Source: a virus
Taxonomy: Duplodnaviria; Caudoviricetes
Strand: one strand, 5' to 3'
IMG/VR virus record: IMGVR_UViG_3300028591_000079
Span: 32,001-96,000 of that record
DNA: 64,000 nucleotides
Under the pieces are notes generated by a model. That model saw nothing but the letters and a program-made list of their open reading frames with translations. It made no database searches and was not told the DNA's origin. Below, piece after piece: positions 10,146-20,166 of the stretch. A program made the position numbers and the translations under genes. Within the stretch, counting starts at the first letter, position 1. Each line of letters begins with the position of its first letter.

Positions 10146-11104
10146 TGAAAGTTTTGCAAATATCTCCTTGGTCTAATTGTAAAAACCACTGTGCCTTTTG
10201 TTCTCAGCGTGGGGATAGACCTTTTACGATTGAAGAAAGAAAACAGCATTTAGAAGATATATATTCTGAATTTATGGATGGTAGTATTTTTCAGAAGTAT
10301 GATTTTGAAGGTTTTGGTATTATAGGTGGAGAGTTTTTTGCCGGACAGATAGATGGAATAGAGGATGTTTGGTATAAGCTGGTTGAACATTTTGCAGAAC
10401 TATTGAAAACACACAAGCTAAAACAAATATGGATCAATAGTAATCTTATACAGGTCAATATGGAACAAATAGAAAAAACCTTTGAAAAATTTGACTGGGA
10501 TAGTTTGGGTGAAGATCAGAAAGTTTTATTACCAACCTCTTATGACACCAAAGGAAGATTTCATACAGAAGAAGATAAGACTCAATGGTATAAAAATGTG
10601 GAATATATAGCTAAAAAATTTCCAAAACTAGAAGTATATGGAACAGCTATTACCACCCAAGCATTTATTGAAGAATTGCTTGAAGATCGTTTTGTTTATC
10701 CAACTGGTCTTAGAGCTTTAAATTTATTGGTGCCAAGACTAACAGATGCAGATTATTTTAGCCCACAAACACACACAAAAGCGTATCGTGAAATTTTATT
10801 ATCTAAATTGAATGAATATCCTGAGTGGTTTTTCCCAAAGTCTAGAAAACAGTTTGTGCAATTTTTATATAAAGTAAGGGAAGTATTGGGAGATGGTGTG
10901 CTAAGAAACTTTTATGAGGTTGAAAGGCATTCTTCTGATGTGTTTACTTATTTTCCAGCTAAAAACACTTACTTTGTAGATCGTCATACTAAATGTAACT
11001 GTAAAGAAAACATGCCTTGTGGACACCCTTATACGTCTTGTTGTTATTTAGATTCTGATAAATGTTGCCACTGTGATGCTCAAAATATTGTAAAGTTTGA
11101 TTAG
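10145..11104 (+). CDS. radical SAM protein (phage paralog family)
   Basis: CKNHCAFC; GIIGGEFFAGQ; TSYDTKGRFH; CGHPYTSCCYLDSDKCCHCD. Confidence 0.88.
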   Translation: MKVLQISPWSNCKNHCAFCSQRGDRPFTIEERKQHLEDIYSEFMDGSIFQKYDFEGFGIIGGEFFAGQIDGIEDVWYKLVEHFAELLKTHKLKQIWINSNLIQVNMEQIEKTFEKFDWDSLGEDQKVLLPTSYDTKGRFHTEEDKTQWYKNVEYIAKKFPKLEVYGTAITTQAFIEELLEDRFVYPTGLRALNLLVPRLTDADYFSPQTHTKAYREILLSKLNEYPEWFFPKSRKQFVQFLYKVREVLGDGVLRNFYEVERHSSDVFTYFPAKNTYFVDRHTKCNCKENMPCGHPYTSCCYLDSDKCCHCDAQNIVKFD

Positions 11105-11124
11105 TATAACCTAACAAAAAGCAC

Positions 11125-11157
11125 AACCCATTGGATAATTCTGATGGGTTTTTTGTT
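11125..11157 (+). terminator. intrinsic terminator ending the modification operon
   Basis: AACCCATTGGA-TAAT-TCTGATGGGTT hairpin followed by T-tract. Confidence 0.8.
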
Positions 11158-11184
11158 TGATTTTTATATTAAATATGTTATAAT
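11157..11184 (+). promoter_or_regulatory. sigma70-type promoter, extended -10
   Basis: TTGATT-16-TATAAT with TG at -15/-14 and ATTAAA in spacer. Confidence 0.7.
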
Positions 11185-11204
11185 AAAATCAAAAGGAGTA
11201 AATA

Positions 11205-11447
11205 ATGTATTTGGTAAAATGCACAGCTGAAGATGGAACATTTGTACTAATCAACCCTAAAGATATACGATGGATAAAACAAAACGAAAAAGATGCTCGA
11301 ATTGAATTTATGAATGGTGAGCAGGTTACTGTGTTATGTGATGATTTTGATGATTTAGAACAAAAAATATTGGATGCAAGTATGCCAGAAATAGATTTAA
11401 AGTCTTTCGATGGTATAAAAGTAATCATTGAAAAAGAGGATAAATAA
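11205..11447 (+). CDS. hypothetical protein
   Basis: AAGGAG SD, directly after promoter. Confidence 0.75.
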   Translation: MYLVKCTAEDGTFVLINPKDIRWIKQNEKDARIEFMNGEQVTVLCDDFDDLEQKILDASMPEIDLKSFDGIKVIIEKEDK

Positions 11448-11532
11448 TGAAAGTAATTGGATTATTGCTTTGTGCTATTTTTATTTTTACCATTTTGTAT
11501 CAAGAAATCAAAGGAATAAAAGGAGACAAATA

Positions 11533-12126
11533 ATGGGAGAGTTGTTGAGTTGTTGTGATGAGTATTTAGAAAAGATTGATCCAGTTGATAGAGATACTGT
11601 TCATAAAGAAGGAATCTGGCATAAAACTTCTCACGTCTGGTTGTATGATGAAGAAGGTTATGTATATTTTCAAGTAAGGGCTGATGCAGATAAACTTTAT
11701 ACTTCAGCTTCTGGTCATGTAAGAGCAGGAGAAGATCCGAGATATACAGGCTTAAGAGAAACAGCTGAAGAATTAGGATTTAGAATTGATGGTGAAGATA
11801 AGTTGGAATTGATAGAAATAGATGCGTGGAAATTAGATAACGAAGTAAAACACGACCATGCATTTGCTTATATCTATATCTGTAAAATACCTGCAAACTA
11901 TTCTTCTTTTAGTGTTGATCCAAATGAAGTATCTGATGTGGTAAAAGTAAAAGCAAAAGAACTACTTGGATATTTACTTGGTTTACCTTGCGCATGTGAA
12001 CAATTTGATGTGCATGGAAATAAACTAAAGAAGAATAAAGACCTACTACTGATGAACGGTGAAGTTAGTATTTTGAAGTATGGAAGAATTTTAAAAGCAA
12101 TTGTAGAAAGGATAAACAATGAATAA
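11533..12126 (+). CDS. NUDIX hydrolase (IDI-like)
   Basis: Nudix box GHVRAGEDPRYTGLRETAEELG; start moved to ATG 11533 after AAGGAG. Confidence 0.9.
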   Translation: MGELLSCCDEYLEKIDPVDRDTVHKEGIWHKTSHVWLYDEEGYVYFQVRADADKLYTSASGHVRAGEDPRYTGLRETAEELGFRIDGEDKLELIEIDAWKLDNEVKHDHAFAYIYICKIPANYSSFSVDPNEVSDVVKVKAKELLGYLLGLPCACEQFDVHGNKLKKNKDLLLMNGEVSILKYGRILKAIVERINNE

Positions 12127-12374
12127 TATATTGTGGAAGCTTAGAAAATTGTTTTGTTGGCATAGTTGGGAGTTTTTTACCGAGTATGATGAATATAATG
12201 GTAAAAAAGACTATCATTATACTGTTTATCAATGCAAAAAATGTAATCAAGTGAAAATAGAAAGAAGAATAAAGGATTAATAATGAATAATGTTTGGGGT
12301 TATGTATTTTGTTTTTTGGTTGGATATATAATGGGTGCAATAAATGATTACTATCAAAATAAAGAGGGTAAATA

Positions 12375-13109
12375 ATGAATAAAATAATGTTAGATATCGA
12401 AACCACTGGAAATATTGTAAACACAGCCATTATTCAACTCTCAATGGTTAGATTTGATGAAGAGGGGGGTGTTGGAGACTTTATACGTATTAATATTGAT
12501 GCAGAAGAACAATATAAGTTAGGGGCTCAATATACTCAAAATACTTTAGACTGGTGGCAGGAAACAAACAAAGAGCTCTTTGAGTCTATTACAACTAAAA
12601 ACGTTCTATCGGTAAATACAGCATTGGACATTATAGATGCTTTTGTTACTATGGATGATCAAATTTGGTGTCATGCTACTTTTGATATGCCAATACTAGA
12701 TAATCTTTACCATTTAGCAGGCAGAGATAAAAGACCGTGGAAATATACAAAAATAAGAGATATTAGAACAATTGTGGAACTCTCTGGTATTGACCTTTCA
12801 ACATATAATTGGGGAAAAGAAAAAACACACGACTCTTTGGATGATTGCAGATTCCAAATAAAATATACAACAGATGCCATGAAAATGTTGAAAATCAGTA
12901 AAAATGGTGTTGAAAATTTGGAGCGTATGATAAAAGGACTCTGTGAAATGGAAAATTATATTGTAGGACTCAAATCACCATCTAAAGACACAATAGAATT
13001 AGGTAATAAAATATTCAATCTACGTGTCGAACAAATGAAGGCTATGGATCTAATTAATCAAAATAATGAATATTCTTACTCTAATTGGATAGAAGGCGCC
13101 GATGATTAG
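12375..13109 (+). CDS. DEDDh 3'-5' exonuclease (Rv2179c/ExoVIII-like)
   Basis: MLDIETTG, TLDWW, FDMPIL, RDIRT, HDSLDDC. Confidence 0.88.
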   Translation: MNKIMLDIETTGNIVNTAIIQLSMVRFDEEGGVGDFIRINIDAEEQYKLGAQYTQNTLDWWQETNKELFESITTKNVLSVNTALDIIDAFVTMDDQIWCHATFDMPILDNLYHLAGRDKRPWKYTKIRDIRTIVELSGIDLSTYNWGKEKTHDSLDDCRFQIKYTTDAMKMLKISKNGVENLERMIKGLCEMENYIVGLKSPSKDTIELGNKIFNLRVEQMKAMDLINQNNEYSYSNWIEGADD

Positions 13110-13148
13110 TTCTATAAAATATCAACAATACAAACAAAAGGATAAATT

Positions 13149-13733
13149 ATGACACAACTACTTATCGGGATTGCTTGTTGTTTGGGTATGGCAGGAAGTC
13201 TTTGGGGATATTTAAAATGGACTAAAAATAAATATTATGGCGGGAAAGATCAATCAAGTCTATCAAATACATTTTACCATACTGGCTGGAAATTTAGGGC
13301 TTTATTGATTGTTATGGCTTTATTTTTGATTTATCCAGTATTATTGGCCAATGGAGTTTATACATCTTACGGTTGGGAATTATCTGCACCATATACGTTG
13401 TTATCTTGGAGTAAATTTGCTTTTGCATTGGCTGTTGGTGGAATTATTGGTGTTGCTCTTGATAGTGATTTTATGAAAAAAGAAAACACAGCTCATGTAG
13501 TATCTGCTGTTGGAGTTGCTGGTGGTGGTGCCTTGGCTGGTTGTTTGTTGCGCAATGAATGGTATATTGGGTTAGGTATTTGGCTTGCTTGGTTAGTATA
13601 TTTCCTTATCAAAAACTACAAAAATAATAAAAAAGGGAACCCAAACGCATTAGATTTATATTTAGAATTGATGGCCTTCTATGCCACACCAACCTGCTTA
13701 ATTGTTTACATGATAATGACGTATTTATTCTAA
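13149..13733 (+). CDS. multi-pass membrane protein
   Basis: Several hydrophobic segments. Confidence 0.75.
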   Translation: MTQLLIGIACCLGMAGSLWGYLKWTKNKYYGGKDQSSLSNTFYHTGWKFRALLIVMALFLIYPVLLANGVYTSYGWELSAPYTLLSWSKFAFALAVGGIIGVALDSDFMKKENTAHVVSAVGVAGGGALAGCLLRNEWYIGLGIWLAWLVYFLIKNYKNNKKGNPNALDLYLELMAFYATPTCLIVYMIMTYLF

Positions 13734-13749
13734 AAAAACAAAAGGTTTT

Positions 13750-14709
13750 ATGATGGCAATATTAGATTTACAAAAATCGAATGTGAGATTCATAAAAGAA
13801 GCATCAATTAGATGTGAAGATGTTTTTAGAGATGATGATGAACTAAAAATATCAAAAGCTATATATAATAGAATAAAAGATTCTATTTATGCGTCAATGA
13901 GTCGCAGTAGCAGAAGTAAATATTATAGAATAACATATAATACCTATAATAATCAAAACATAAAACTAACCTTAAATAAACAAAAAACAACACAAAATGG
14001 GTATTTGGGGTTTTTATATAGTGTTGCCACTTATATGTTTGGAAAGTTGTATAAACTAAATGTGTTTCTGCATATAAACACTCAAAATGATTCTAATATA
14101 GAAGAATTTGCGGCATATGATACACAAACAAACACATTGTTTTTACCGTTATTAAATGATGACTTGACACTAAATTCAAGATTGTTTTTAGCTTTTGAAG
14201 GTTCATCTTGGATAATTACACATGAAATGACTCACAAACTTGATTTTGATAATATGATTTTTACAGAAGATGATTTTATAGATGCACAGAATAGTGTAAA
14301 AAACGAACAAGAATATTACAATAACGAACCTGAATTTAGTGCACATTCAAAAGAGTTGATGCATTTTGTTTTGGATTGTTTTATGTCTTATTTGGTTGGT
14401 CAAAAAAGTGAACTAGATAATTTTTCTAATCCAGAATATGTAAAAGAGGCTTTTGATTATATTTTCAATAACAAATACACAGTGATGGATAGATTTCAAA
14501 AGATTGCAGATATAAAAAAAGATCCATATACAAAAAAAGAGTCATACAGTTTATCTGTTTTTTACAATGCATTAACTGACAAAAACAAAACAAGATTAGC
14601 AAATGATTTTGCGAGAAGAGTTGATAAAATAATAAAACCAAAATATGAAGATAAAAATGGCTACAAAGAGGTAATATTACAAATTTTGGATGGGTTATAT
14701 GATGAATAA
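13750..14709 (+). CDS. hypothetical protein with HExxH motif
   Basis: ITHEMTH and downstream EFSA; possible zincin-like fold. Confidence 0.6.
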   Translation: MMAILDLQKSNVRFIKEASIRCEDVFRDDDELKISKAIYNRIKDSIYASMSRSSRSKYYRITYNTYNNQNIKLTLNKQKTTQNGYLGFLYSVATYMFGKLYKLNVFLHINTQNDSNIEEFAAYDTQTNTLFLPLLNDDLTLNSRLFLAFEGSSWIITHEMTHKLDFDNMIFTEDDFIDAQNSVKNEQEYYNNEPEFSAHSKELMHFVLDCFMSYLVGQKSELDNFSNPEYVKEAFDYIFNNKYTVMDRFQKIADIKKDPYTKKESYSLSVFYNALTDKNKTRLANDFARRVDKIIKPKYEDKNGYKEVILQILDGLYDE

Positions 14710-15106
14710 TAAAACAAAAGCTATTTACTGTGATATAGATGGCGTGGTGACTCATAAGTTTGCTGTGCCTAACTATGATCATTTTGGAGAACCTAATGAA
14801 AAAATGTTGCCAATACTAAAATGTTTAGGCCAAGAGTTTACAATTGTATTTATAACCGGTAGATGGGCAATGGGACAAGAAAAAGTAGAAAAACTATTGA
14901 ATGAGTTGTTGCCAAATATAAAGAAAAAAGTCTACTGTAAACCACATGATTATCCTGGAACAACTGCAGAATATAAACTTGCTAAAATAAAAGAATTAGA
15001 GGAAGAAGGATTTGATTTTCACTTGGGGCTAGATGACCATGGCGCGGTGGTTGGTTTAATGCATAATCACGGTATGTTCATGGCTCAAGTGTGGTCAGAA
15101 AAGTAG
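14699..15106 (+). CDS. HAD-family phosphatase (PNKP phosphatase-like)
   Basis: CDIDGV, FITGR, conserved K, LDD. Confidence 0.85.
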   Translation: MMNNKTKAIYCDIDGVVTHKFAVPNYDHFGEPNEKMLPILKCLGQEFTIVFITGRWAMGQEKVEKLLNELLPNIKKKVYCKPHDYPGTTAEYKLAKIKELEEEGFDFHLGLDDHGAVVGLMHNHGMFMAQVWSEK

Positions 15107-15129
15107 AACCGAAACATAAGGAGGTAAAA

Positions 15130-15375
15130 ATGGTTCAAAACAAAAGAGTGGCCGATGCAAAAAATGACAACTGGGAATTGTTCTTGTTGGGACATGTAAA
15201 TGAAAAACAACGTAAGGCTTTGATTCTAAATATTCTAACAAAAGAAGAGTTAGATGCAAAAGTTTCAATTTATGAAGACAAAGCAAAAACTACATATATT
15301 GTTACTGAAGCTGTGGATCCAAAGAAAAATATGTTTGTAGATTTTGCCAAGTCTTTTGTTGTAAATCATCGCTAA
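15130..15375 (+). CDS. hypothetical protein
   Basis: AAGGAGGT SD before ATG 15130. Confidence 0.7.
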   Translation: MVQNKRVADAKNDNWELFLLGHVNEKQRKALILNILTKEELDAKVSIYEDKAKTTYIVTEAVDPKKNMFVDFAKSFVVNHR

Positions 15376-15464
15376 TTTTCCACCCACTTAATATAATTAC
15401 TTCTTGTTGTTATGTTTTGTGGGTGTTTTTTATGTTCTATTTTTTATCAAGAAGAGGTGGCGTA

Positions 15465-15659
15465 ATGCAAATAGATCTAACCACAATGAAAGCAATAATG
15501 GAAAATGATGTTTTTGCTTTATATATTATAAAAGAGTTAAAAAAAGACCAATATGAAGGTGTTAGGCTAGATAAAAGAACAAACAAGCAAGTTGGAGTAT
15601 ATATACAAAAAACAAACCTTCCAAAACCACCTTATAGAGTAATTGGTTTTTGCAGATAA
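15465..15659 (+). CDS. hypothetical protein
   Basis: GAGGT SD; converges on the minus-strand block. Confidence 0.6.
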   Translation: MQIDLTTMKAIMENDVFALYIIKELKKDQYEGVRLDKRTNKQVGVYIQKTNLPKPPYRVIGFCR

Positions 15660-16241
15660 TTAAGAGTAAAGCATAATTAGATTTTCTAGTGCACTCATAT
15701 CTAATTCTAAGACTTTATATTTACAGTTGAGTTGATTGGTTTTTATTTCAAGTCCTTCAGTCATCTTGGCCAAGGGATTTATTATTGATAACGCACCTAA
15801 TCTTCCAACATCTAAAAAAAGAGTATAATTATTTTTATTCTGGCTAAATACGGTTAATATACAGTCCTGCCACTTATATGTTTCGTTTATTGCGCCTGTT
15901 TCTGACATGTTGAATTTGTTCACAAACATGTTAGCAAGATACAATAAGAAATTTTTACGGTCTTTGAAGAAATTTAAACTTTGATTACAGAATGTTTCTA
16001 TTTTTTCTTCTGCAGTATCATCTTTCATTGATTGTCCATTTAAACTATTGAAGAATATATGATTAAGAGTTGATTCTACTATTTGAGTTGGTTTATTATC
16101 TACCATATAAAAAAAAGATAACCTATATACTTTCCATTGTTTATCATAGCCGAAAAAGCAATTGCAAGATGTACCGAAGTTTTTTCTTATCATTCGGTTT
16201 ATTTTTCTGGTTGTTTTGTTATAATTAAAATCTGTGGTCAT
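15660..16241 (-). CDS. hypothetical protein
   Basis: Coupled ORF; ends LENLIMLYS. Confidence 0.7.
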   Translation of the reverse strand: MTTDFNYNKTTRKINRMIRKNFGTSCNCFFGYDKQWKVYRLSFFYMVDNKPTQIVESTLNHIFFNSLNGQSMKDDTAEEKIETFCNQSLNFFKDRKNFLLYLANMFVNKFNMSETGAINETYKWQDCILTVFSQNKNNYTLFLDVGRLGALSIINPLAKMTEGLEIKTNQLNCKYKVLELDMSALENLIMLYS

Positions 16242-16534
16242 AAGTTTGTATATCTCTTATCTTTTTTCCAAATATTGGTTAGTTCTTCTTCAATATCATA
16301 TAAAGATCCTTCTAATGTCATTTTTTTGGTCACAGACACGTATTTCTTTATTGATTCAGGAAAGTAGTCTGATTTGTGTTTTATTGTTATTTTCCAACCA
16401 TTTTTGACTCTTTCTATTGAATCTACCCAGTTAAAGTTTTTGGGTGTTTGTTCTTCTACTTGTTCAATGATATACCCCAATAGTCCAATAGCCAATTTTG
16501 TTTCATTGAATTTAGGACATGGTTTTTCTGTCAT
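16238..16534 (-). CDS. hypothetical protein
   Basis: AAGGAG SD after promoter. Confidence 0.75.
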   Translation of the reverse strand: MTEKPCPKFNETKLAIGLLGYIIEQVEEQTPKNFNWVDSIERVKNGWKITIKHKSDYFPESIKKYVSVTKKMTLEGSLYDIEEELTNIWKKDKRYTNL

Positions 16535-16556
16535 AATATATTCTCCTTTTTGAAGT

Positions 16557-16584
16557 ATAATAGCATAATTAATTCTTACTTCAA
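16557..16584 (-). promoter_or_regulatory. phage promoter (AATTAA-spacer class)
   Basis: TTGAAG-TAAGAATTAATTATGC-TATTAT. Confidence 0.65.
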
Positions 16585-16845
16585 GGCATTTTCACAAACT
16601 TTTTTTATATAACCTATTGCTTTACTGTCTATATGCGTTACAAAATCTTTCGAATATGAAGTAACGTCTGATTGGATAACTTCATCAACACCCAAAGAGC
16701 TGAACAATGGAAAACTTCTAACCGTAAAGACTGGATATTGATTAACTTGGCTAGTAATATAATCATGAAACATATTACAGCTCACATGATCTTCAAACAA
16801 TGTGGGATGTTTATGTTTTATAAGATTTATATTTTCTTTATTCAT
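16576..16845 (-). CDS. hypothetical protein
   Basis: Coupled ORF. Confidence 0.6.
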   Translation of the reverse strand: MNKENINLIKHKHPTLFEDHVSCNMFHDYITSQVNQYPVFTVRSFPLFSSLGVDEVIQSDVTSYSKDFVTHIDSKAIGYIKKVCENALK

Positions 16846-17470
16846 TGATTATTTCCACAATTGCCTTTATTTCTTCTAGTGTCATCCAATTATCAACCAG
16901 CGTTTCAACTTTGCTATTATATTTATAGCCTGCTGTTTTTGAAAGTCTATATTCAACTTTGTCATCTTCTTTTTTTATATCTATATTTATTCCTATTCCA
17001 TAATCATCCATATTTAAATTCAATTTTTCAAACAGCATATCTACTAAAATAAATTTATATATCATTTTTTGAATCTGTTTTTCTGTTTCTTCTAATACTC
17101 TTTCTGGTGTTATGTCTGGTAGATTCATTTTTTCCGTAACCAAATTGAAATTATTTTTACTAATATATTTTCTATTCCAATCATACCCTGTTATTTTTAA
17201 TTTATCTATTTGAACATAAAAATAAAACCTTGGACTTAATGAATTCCTATCTGTATCAAACTTTACATGCACATTATAATCATAACTTTCTTTTTTACCT
17301 AGATCAACAATTTGAAGTTTTTGTATTATGGATTGCTTTATCGAATGTTCCAACACACGAAAAAAGTCAGCGGCATGACTATTGTCATACACTATTGATG
17401 GATTTATACATAACTGGTGCGGCAATTGGGCTGGCATAATCAATCCTTTATGATAATATAAGTGTTCCAA
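16838..17470 (-). CDS. hypothetical protein
   Basis: Ends LEEIKAIVEIINE (long-form tail). Confidence 0.7.
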   Translation of the reverse strand: MEHLYYHKGLIMPAQLPHQLCINPSIVYDNSHAADFFRVLEHSIKQSIIQKLQIVDLGKKESYDYNVHVKFDTDRNSLSPRFYFYVQIDKLKITGYDWNRKYISKNNFNLVTEKMNLPDITPERVLEETEKQIQKMIYKFILVDMLFEKLNLNMDDYGIGINIDIKKEDDKVEYRLSKTAGYKYNSKVETLVDNWMTLEEIKAIVEIINE

Positions 17471-17648
17471 TGTAATAAATCCATGCCAGTGATGCGATTA
17501 TTGCTCCGGCTCCAACTAAATACCCCCCGAAATCAAAAAACACATCTTGGGTTGATAATTTTTTTGCAACCAATGAACCAGTAATTCCAAACATAAAACC
17601 CAATAATATCATAATAATTCCAATAAACATACACTCTAAAGCTGTCAT
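17448..17648 (-). CDS. small two-TM membrane protein
   Basis: Two hydrophobic segments. Confidence 0.65.
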   Translation of the reverse strand: MTALECMFIGIIMILLGFMFGITGSLVAKKLSTQDVFFDFGGYLVGAGAIIASLAWIYYIGTLILS

Positions 17649-17893
17649 TTTATATCCTTTTGTTCTAGTGCCGTTATTTCATTTATTGTTTCCTGTGCTA
17701 CTACAGAATCATAATTATCGTCATACCAATGAAGAGTGTCTTTTGCGATATCCAATGCCTTACGAGCATATATAAGTTCTTGCCAGAGCATTTCAGTTCC
17801 AAGATTGCGGCATTTAGGACAGCCACGCAATATACCATCAACGCCGCCAATTTCTAACTCATGCTGACAGAATGGACATTTCATATTACTCAT
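17645..17893 (-). CDS. zinc-ribbon protein
   Basis: CPFC and CPKC. Confidence 0.7.
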   Translation of the reverse strand: MSNMKCPFCQHELEIGGVDGILRGCPKCRNLGTEMLWQELIYARKALDIAKDTLHWYDDNYDSVVAQETINEITALEQKDIK

Positions 17894-18081
17894 TTTACAT
17901 CCTTTTTTAAGTTTATATCTTATGGCAGTCTTTCCACATAATAAAACCTATTATTTCCAAAAATGTTTCTATACACGCAAAAGTCATACAAATATGAATA
18001 AAAGTTTCATTAGGTGTATAATTCCACAACCATACCAAGAATTTCATAAGTAGTGTTATTATCATTATTTATCCTTTTGTT

Positions 18082-18303
18082 TTACCATATTATATAAAAG
18101 AGTGTTGCATTTAATGGTATGGCAATTATAATAAAAACTATAAATAACCATATTCCAAATCTAACAGCGTCTTTTCCTAAATAATCAAACGCATCATATA
18201 TAAAAGCACACAATCCGAATACATAATAAATCGTAATCAATGCAATAAAAATAGATGATACTTTTAGAAATAATTCTAATAAAAACAATAACACTTCAAT
18301 CAT
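18082..18303 (-). CDS. small membrane protein
   Basis: AGGAGG SD; two hydrophobic segments. Confidence 0.7.
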   Translation of the reverse strand: MIEVLLFLLELFLKVSSIFIALITIYYVFGLCAFIYDAFDYLGKDAVRFGIWLFIVFIIIAIPLNATLFYIIW

Positions 18304-18315
18304 ATAAACCTCCTA

Positions 18316-18939
18316 TTATAAGAACTCCCATATTGTTTTGTTTTCAGACAATTTTTCAACATCTAAATCGTAGAACCAAATTGTGCTAAGATTTACCGCT
18401 TGTGATTTTTGTTTTTCATAACCTAATAATTCTAAAAATTTTATAAGTTTTCCAAGGTCAGAACATATACTTTCTCCGTATGGATTTATTGATATTGTTA
18501 ATTTATCGGCAGTATCTAAATAAAAATTATCCATATATCTAAAACAGCAACAATCAAAATCTATATAATCCAAAAAATTATAAATTTCTTTTAATGCTTT
18601 TAGTTTTTGTTCAAACTCTAATAATTCATTTTTTCTATTTGTTCCTTGCCAATCTCCAGAACCAAAAGAGAAGAAATAAGCACATGCCGATACTTGTCGT
18701 ATTGCCCTTTCTATTGCCTTCATTGCTTTGAGAATATATTCTTCATTTATTCTTGGACCCCAAAAATTACTACCTTTATCTATGTATAATTTTGCGGCCT
18801 TTGTGTTCAAAAACTCTTTTACATTATTTGCACTAATTGATACGCGTATATTTTGTCCTTTACCTTTGTTGCAAGCCTTTATAAAATGCTTACATAAAAC
18901 AAATCTTGGATCATTTAAATCTACTATATCCATTTTCAT
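18316..18939 (-). CDS. hypothetical protein
   Basis: Start overlaps upstream stop (ATGA). Confidence 0.7.
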   Translation of the reverse strand: MKMDIVDLNDPRFVLCKHFIKACNKGKGQNIRVSISANNVKEFLNTKAAKLYIDKGSNFWGPRINEEYILKAMKAIERAIRQVSACAYFFSFGSGDWQGTNRKNELLEFEQKLKALKEIYNFLDYIDFDCCCFRYMDNFYLDTADKLTISINPYGESICSDLGKLIKFLELLGYEKQKSQAVNLSTIWFYDLDVEKLSENKTIWEFL

Positions 18940-19247
18940 TTTAATATCTCCTCTAATACACACTTAGCAAAAAGATCTACATAATTTTCTGCCGCAACAT
19001 AGTTTTTTATATACCAAATTCCACCAGATAAGCTCAGAAAAAACCTTGAATCGTGTAATAAAATTTTATCCTTTTTCTTTTTTGGTTTTATTGTGTAATT
19101 TGAATATAACCCATCTGCAGTTATAAGACCTATTTGCCTAAAATAACAATGACCATCTTCAGAATATTTATCGGTCCCATCATCTATTATTTTGATGTAT
19201 CCTCCATATCTTTTTTTTACCAAAGATCTAAATTCTTCTATTTTCAT
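18936..19247 (-). CDS. orphan with C-terminal tail VLEEILK
   Basis: Coupled ORF, tail motif. Confidence 0.7.
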   Translation of the reverse strand: MKIEEFRSLVKKRYGGYIKIIDDGTDKYSEDGHCYFRQIGLITADGLYSNYTIKPKKKKDKILLHDSRFFLSLSGGIWYIKNYVAAENYVDLFAKCVLEEILK

Positions 19248-19504
19248 TTGGTGGCATTTAGTTTTTCTTCTGTATAATAATATACTACCCCATAAGTGCT
19301 TGATTCTATTTTTACTAGATTTATTTTTATGCCGTGGCGGGCGTTTGCGTCTACAAAGTCTTGAAAATATATATCAGCAAGACCAACAGTAACACAATGT
19401 GGGTGAAATTTTTTTACTTTTTCAGCATTATTCCACTTTTCTGGTAAGCCCAGTACGCACGCAATTATGATCAAAATAAAACATATGACACAAGCAACAA
19501 TCAT
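19244..19504 (-). CDS. small protein with N-terminal TM
   Basis: AAGGAG SD; hydrophobic N-terminus. Confidence 0.7.
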   Translation of the reverse strand: MIVACVICFILIIIACVLGLPEKWNNAEKVKKFHPHCVTVGLADIYFQDFVDANARHGIKINLVKIESSTYGVVYYYTEEKLNATK

Positions 19505-19524
19505 TTATTATCTCCTTTTGTTTT

Positions 19525-19552
19525 ATTTTATCATGTTTAATTATTATTTCAA
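19525..19552 (-). promoter_or_regulatory. phage promoter (AATTAAA-spacer class)
   Basis: TTGAAA-TAATAATTAAACATGA-TAAAAT. Confidence 0.7.
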
Positions 19553-19852
19553 CAATTCTTCTATAATTTTTTTCTTACCAATCAGCGTTATGTGTTTTCT
19601 GTTTCCAATGTCCCAGTTGCCTATGGCATACACAGATATCGGCCTTATCTTAATTGTTTCGTCTATATTTTGTGCCAATTCAAAGCTAAAAAAAGCCCAC
19701 TGTAATTCTTTTTTAGCAGAAAAAGAATTATAATATCTAACATAGTCTTTTTTATACCACCCACCTTCTGATTCTGAAAAAAATCTAGCCCCTTGTGTAT
19801 GTTTTCCCCAACAGGCTTTTGTAAAATGAAAAAGATGTGTTTGATTATTCAT
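19544..19852 (-). CDS. orphan with tail IIEELLK
   Basis: Tail motif. Confidence 0.7.
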   Translation of the reverse strand: MNNQTHLFHFTKACWGKHTQGARFFSESEGGWYKKDYVRYYNSFSAKKELQWAFFSFELAQNIDETIKIRPISVYAIGNWDIGNRKHITLIGKKKIIEELLK

Positions 19853-20166
19853 GATAATAATTTTTCCAATATTCCCTTGTCGGTTATTATGATGTTTTCA
19901 ATAATATGTGTAACACTTTCTTTTATTTTTTCTAATTCCAGAAACACACATTGTTTGCTTGGATTGAATATTTCATTGTTACCAATATCATAAAACGAAA
20001 ACATTCTACCGCTAAAATCAAAATTTCGAAATTCCAATGTTAAATATAAATCGAGAACTTCACCATTGCGCAACACAACTCTTGGATGGGCACCTTCTTT
20101 ATTTGGATCCATTGGATATGATATTCCTGCAATATTGTTTCTTTCTATAATAATCCCTTTTATCAC
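19849..20166 (-). CDS. orphan with tail ILEKLLS
   Basis: Tail motif; GTG start overlapping stop. Confidence 0.7.
   Translation of the reverse strand: MIKGIIIERNNIAGISYPMDPNKEGAHPRVVLRNGEVLDLYLTLEFRNFDFSGRMFSFYDIGNNEIFNPSKQCVFLELEKIKESVTHIIENIIITDKGILEKLLS

Noticed and set aside
3-11104. RiPP cluster interpretation of the radical-SAM array
   Set aside because: No precursor peptide, RRE/PqqD domain, peptidase or transporter visible in the operon within this window (the upstream part is outside it)
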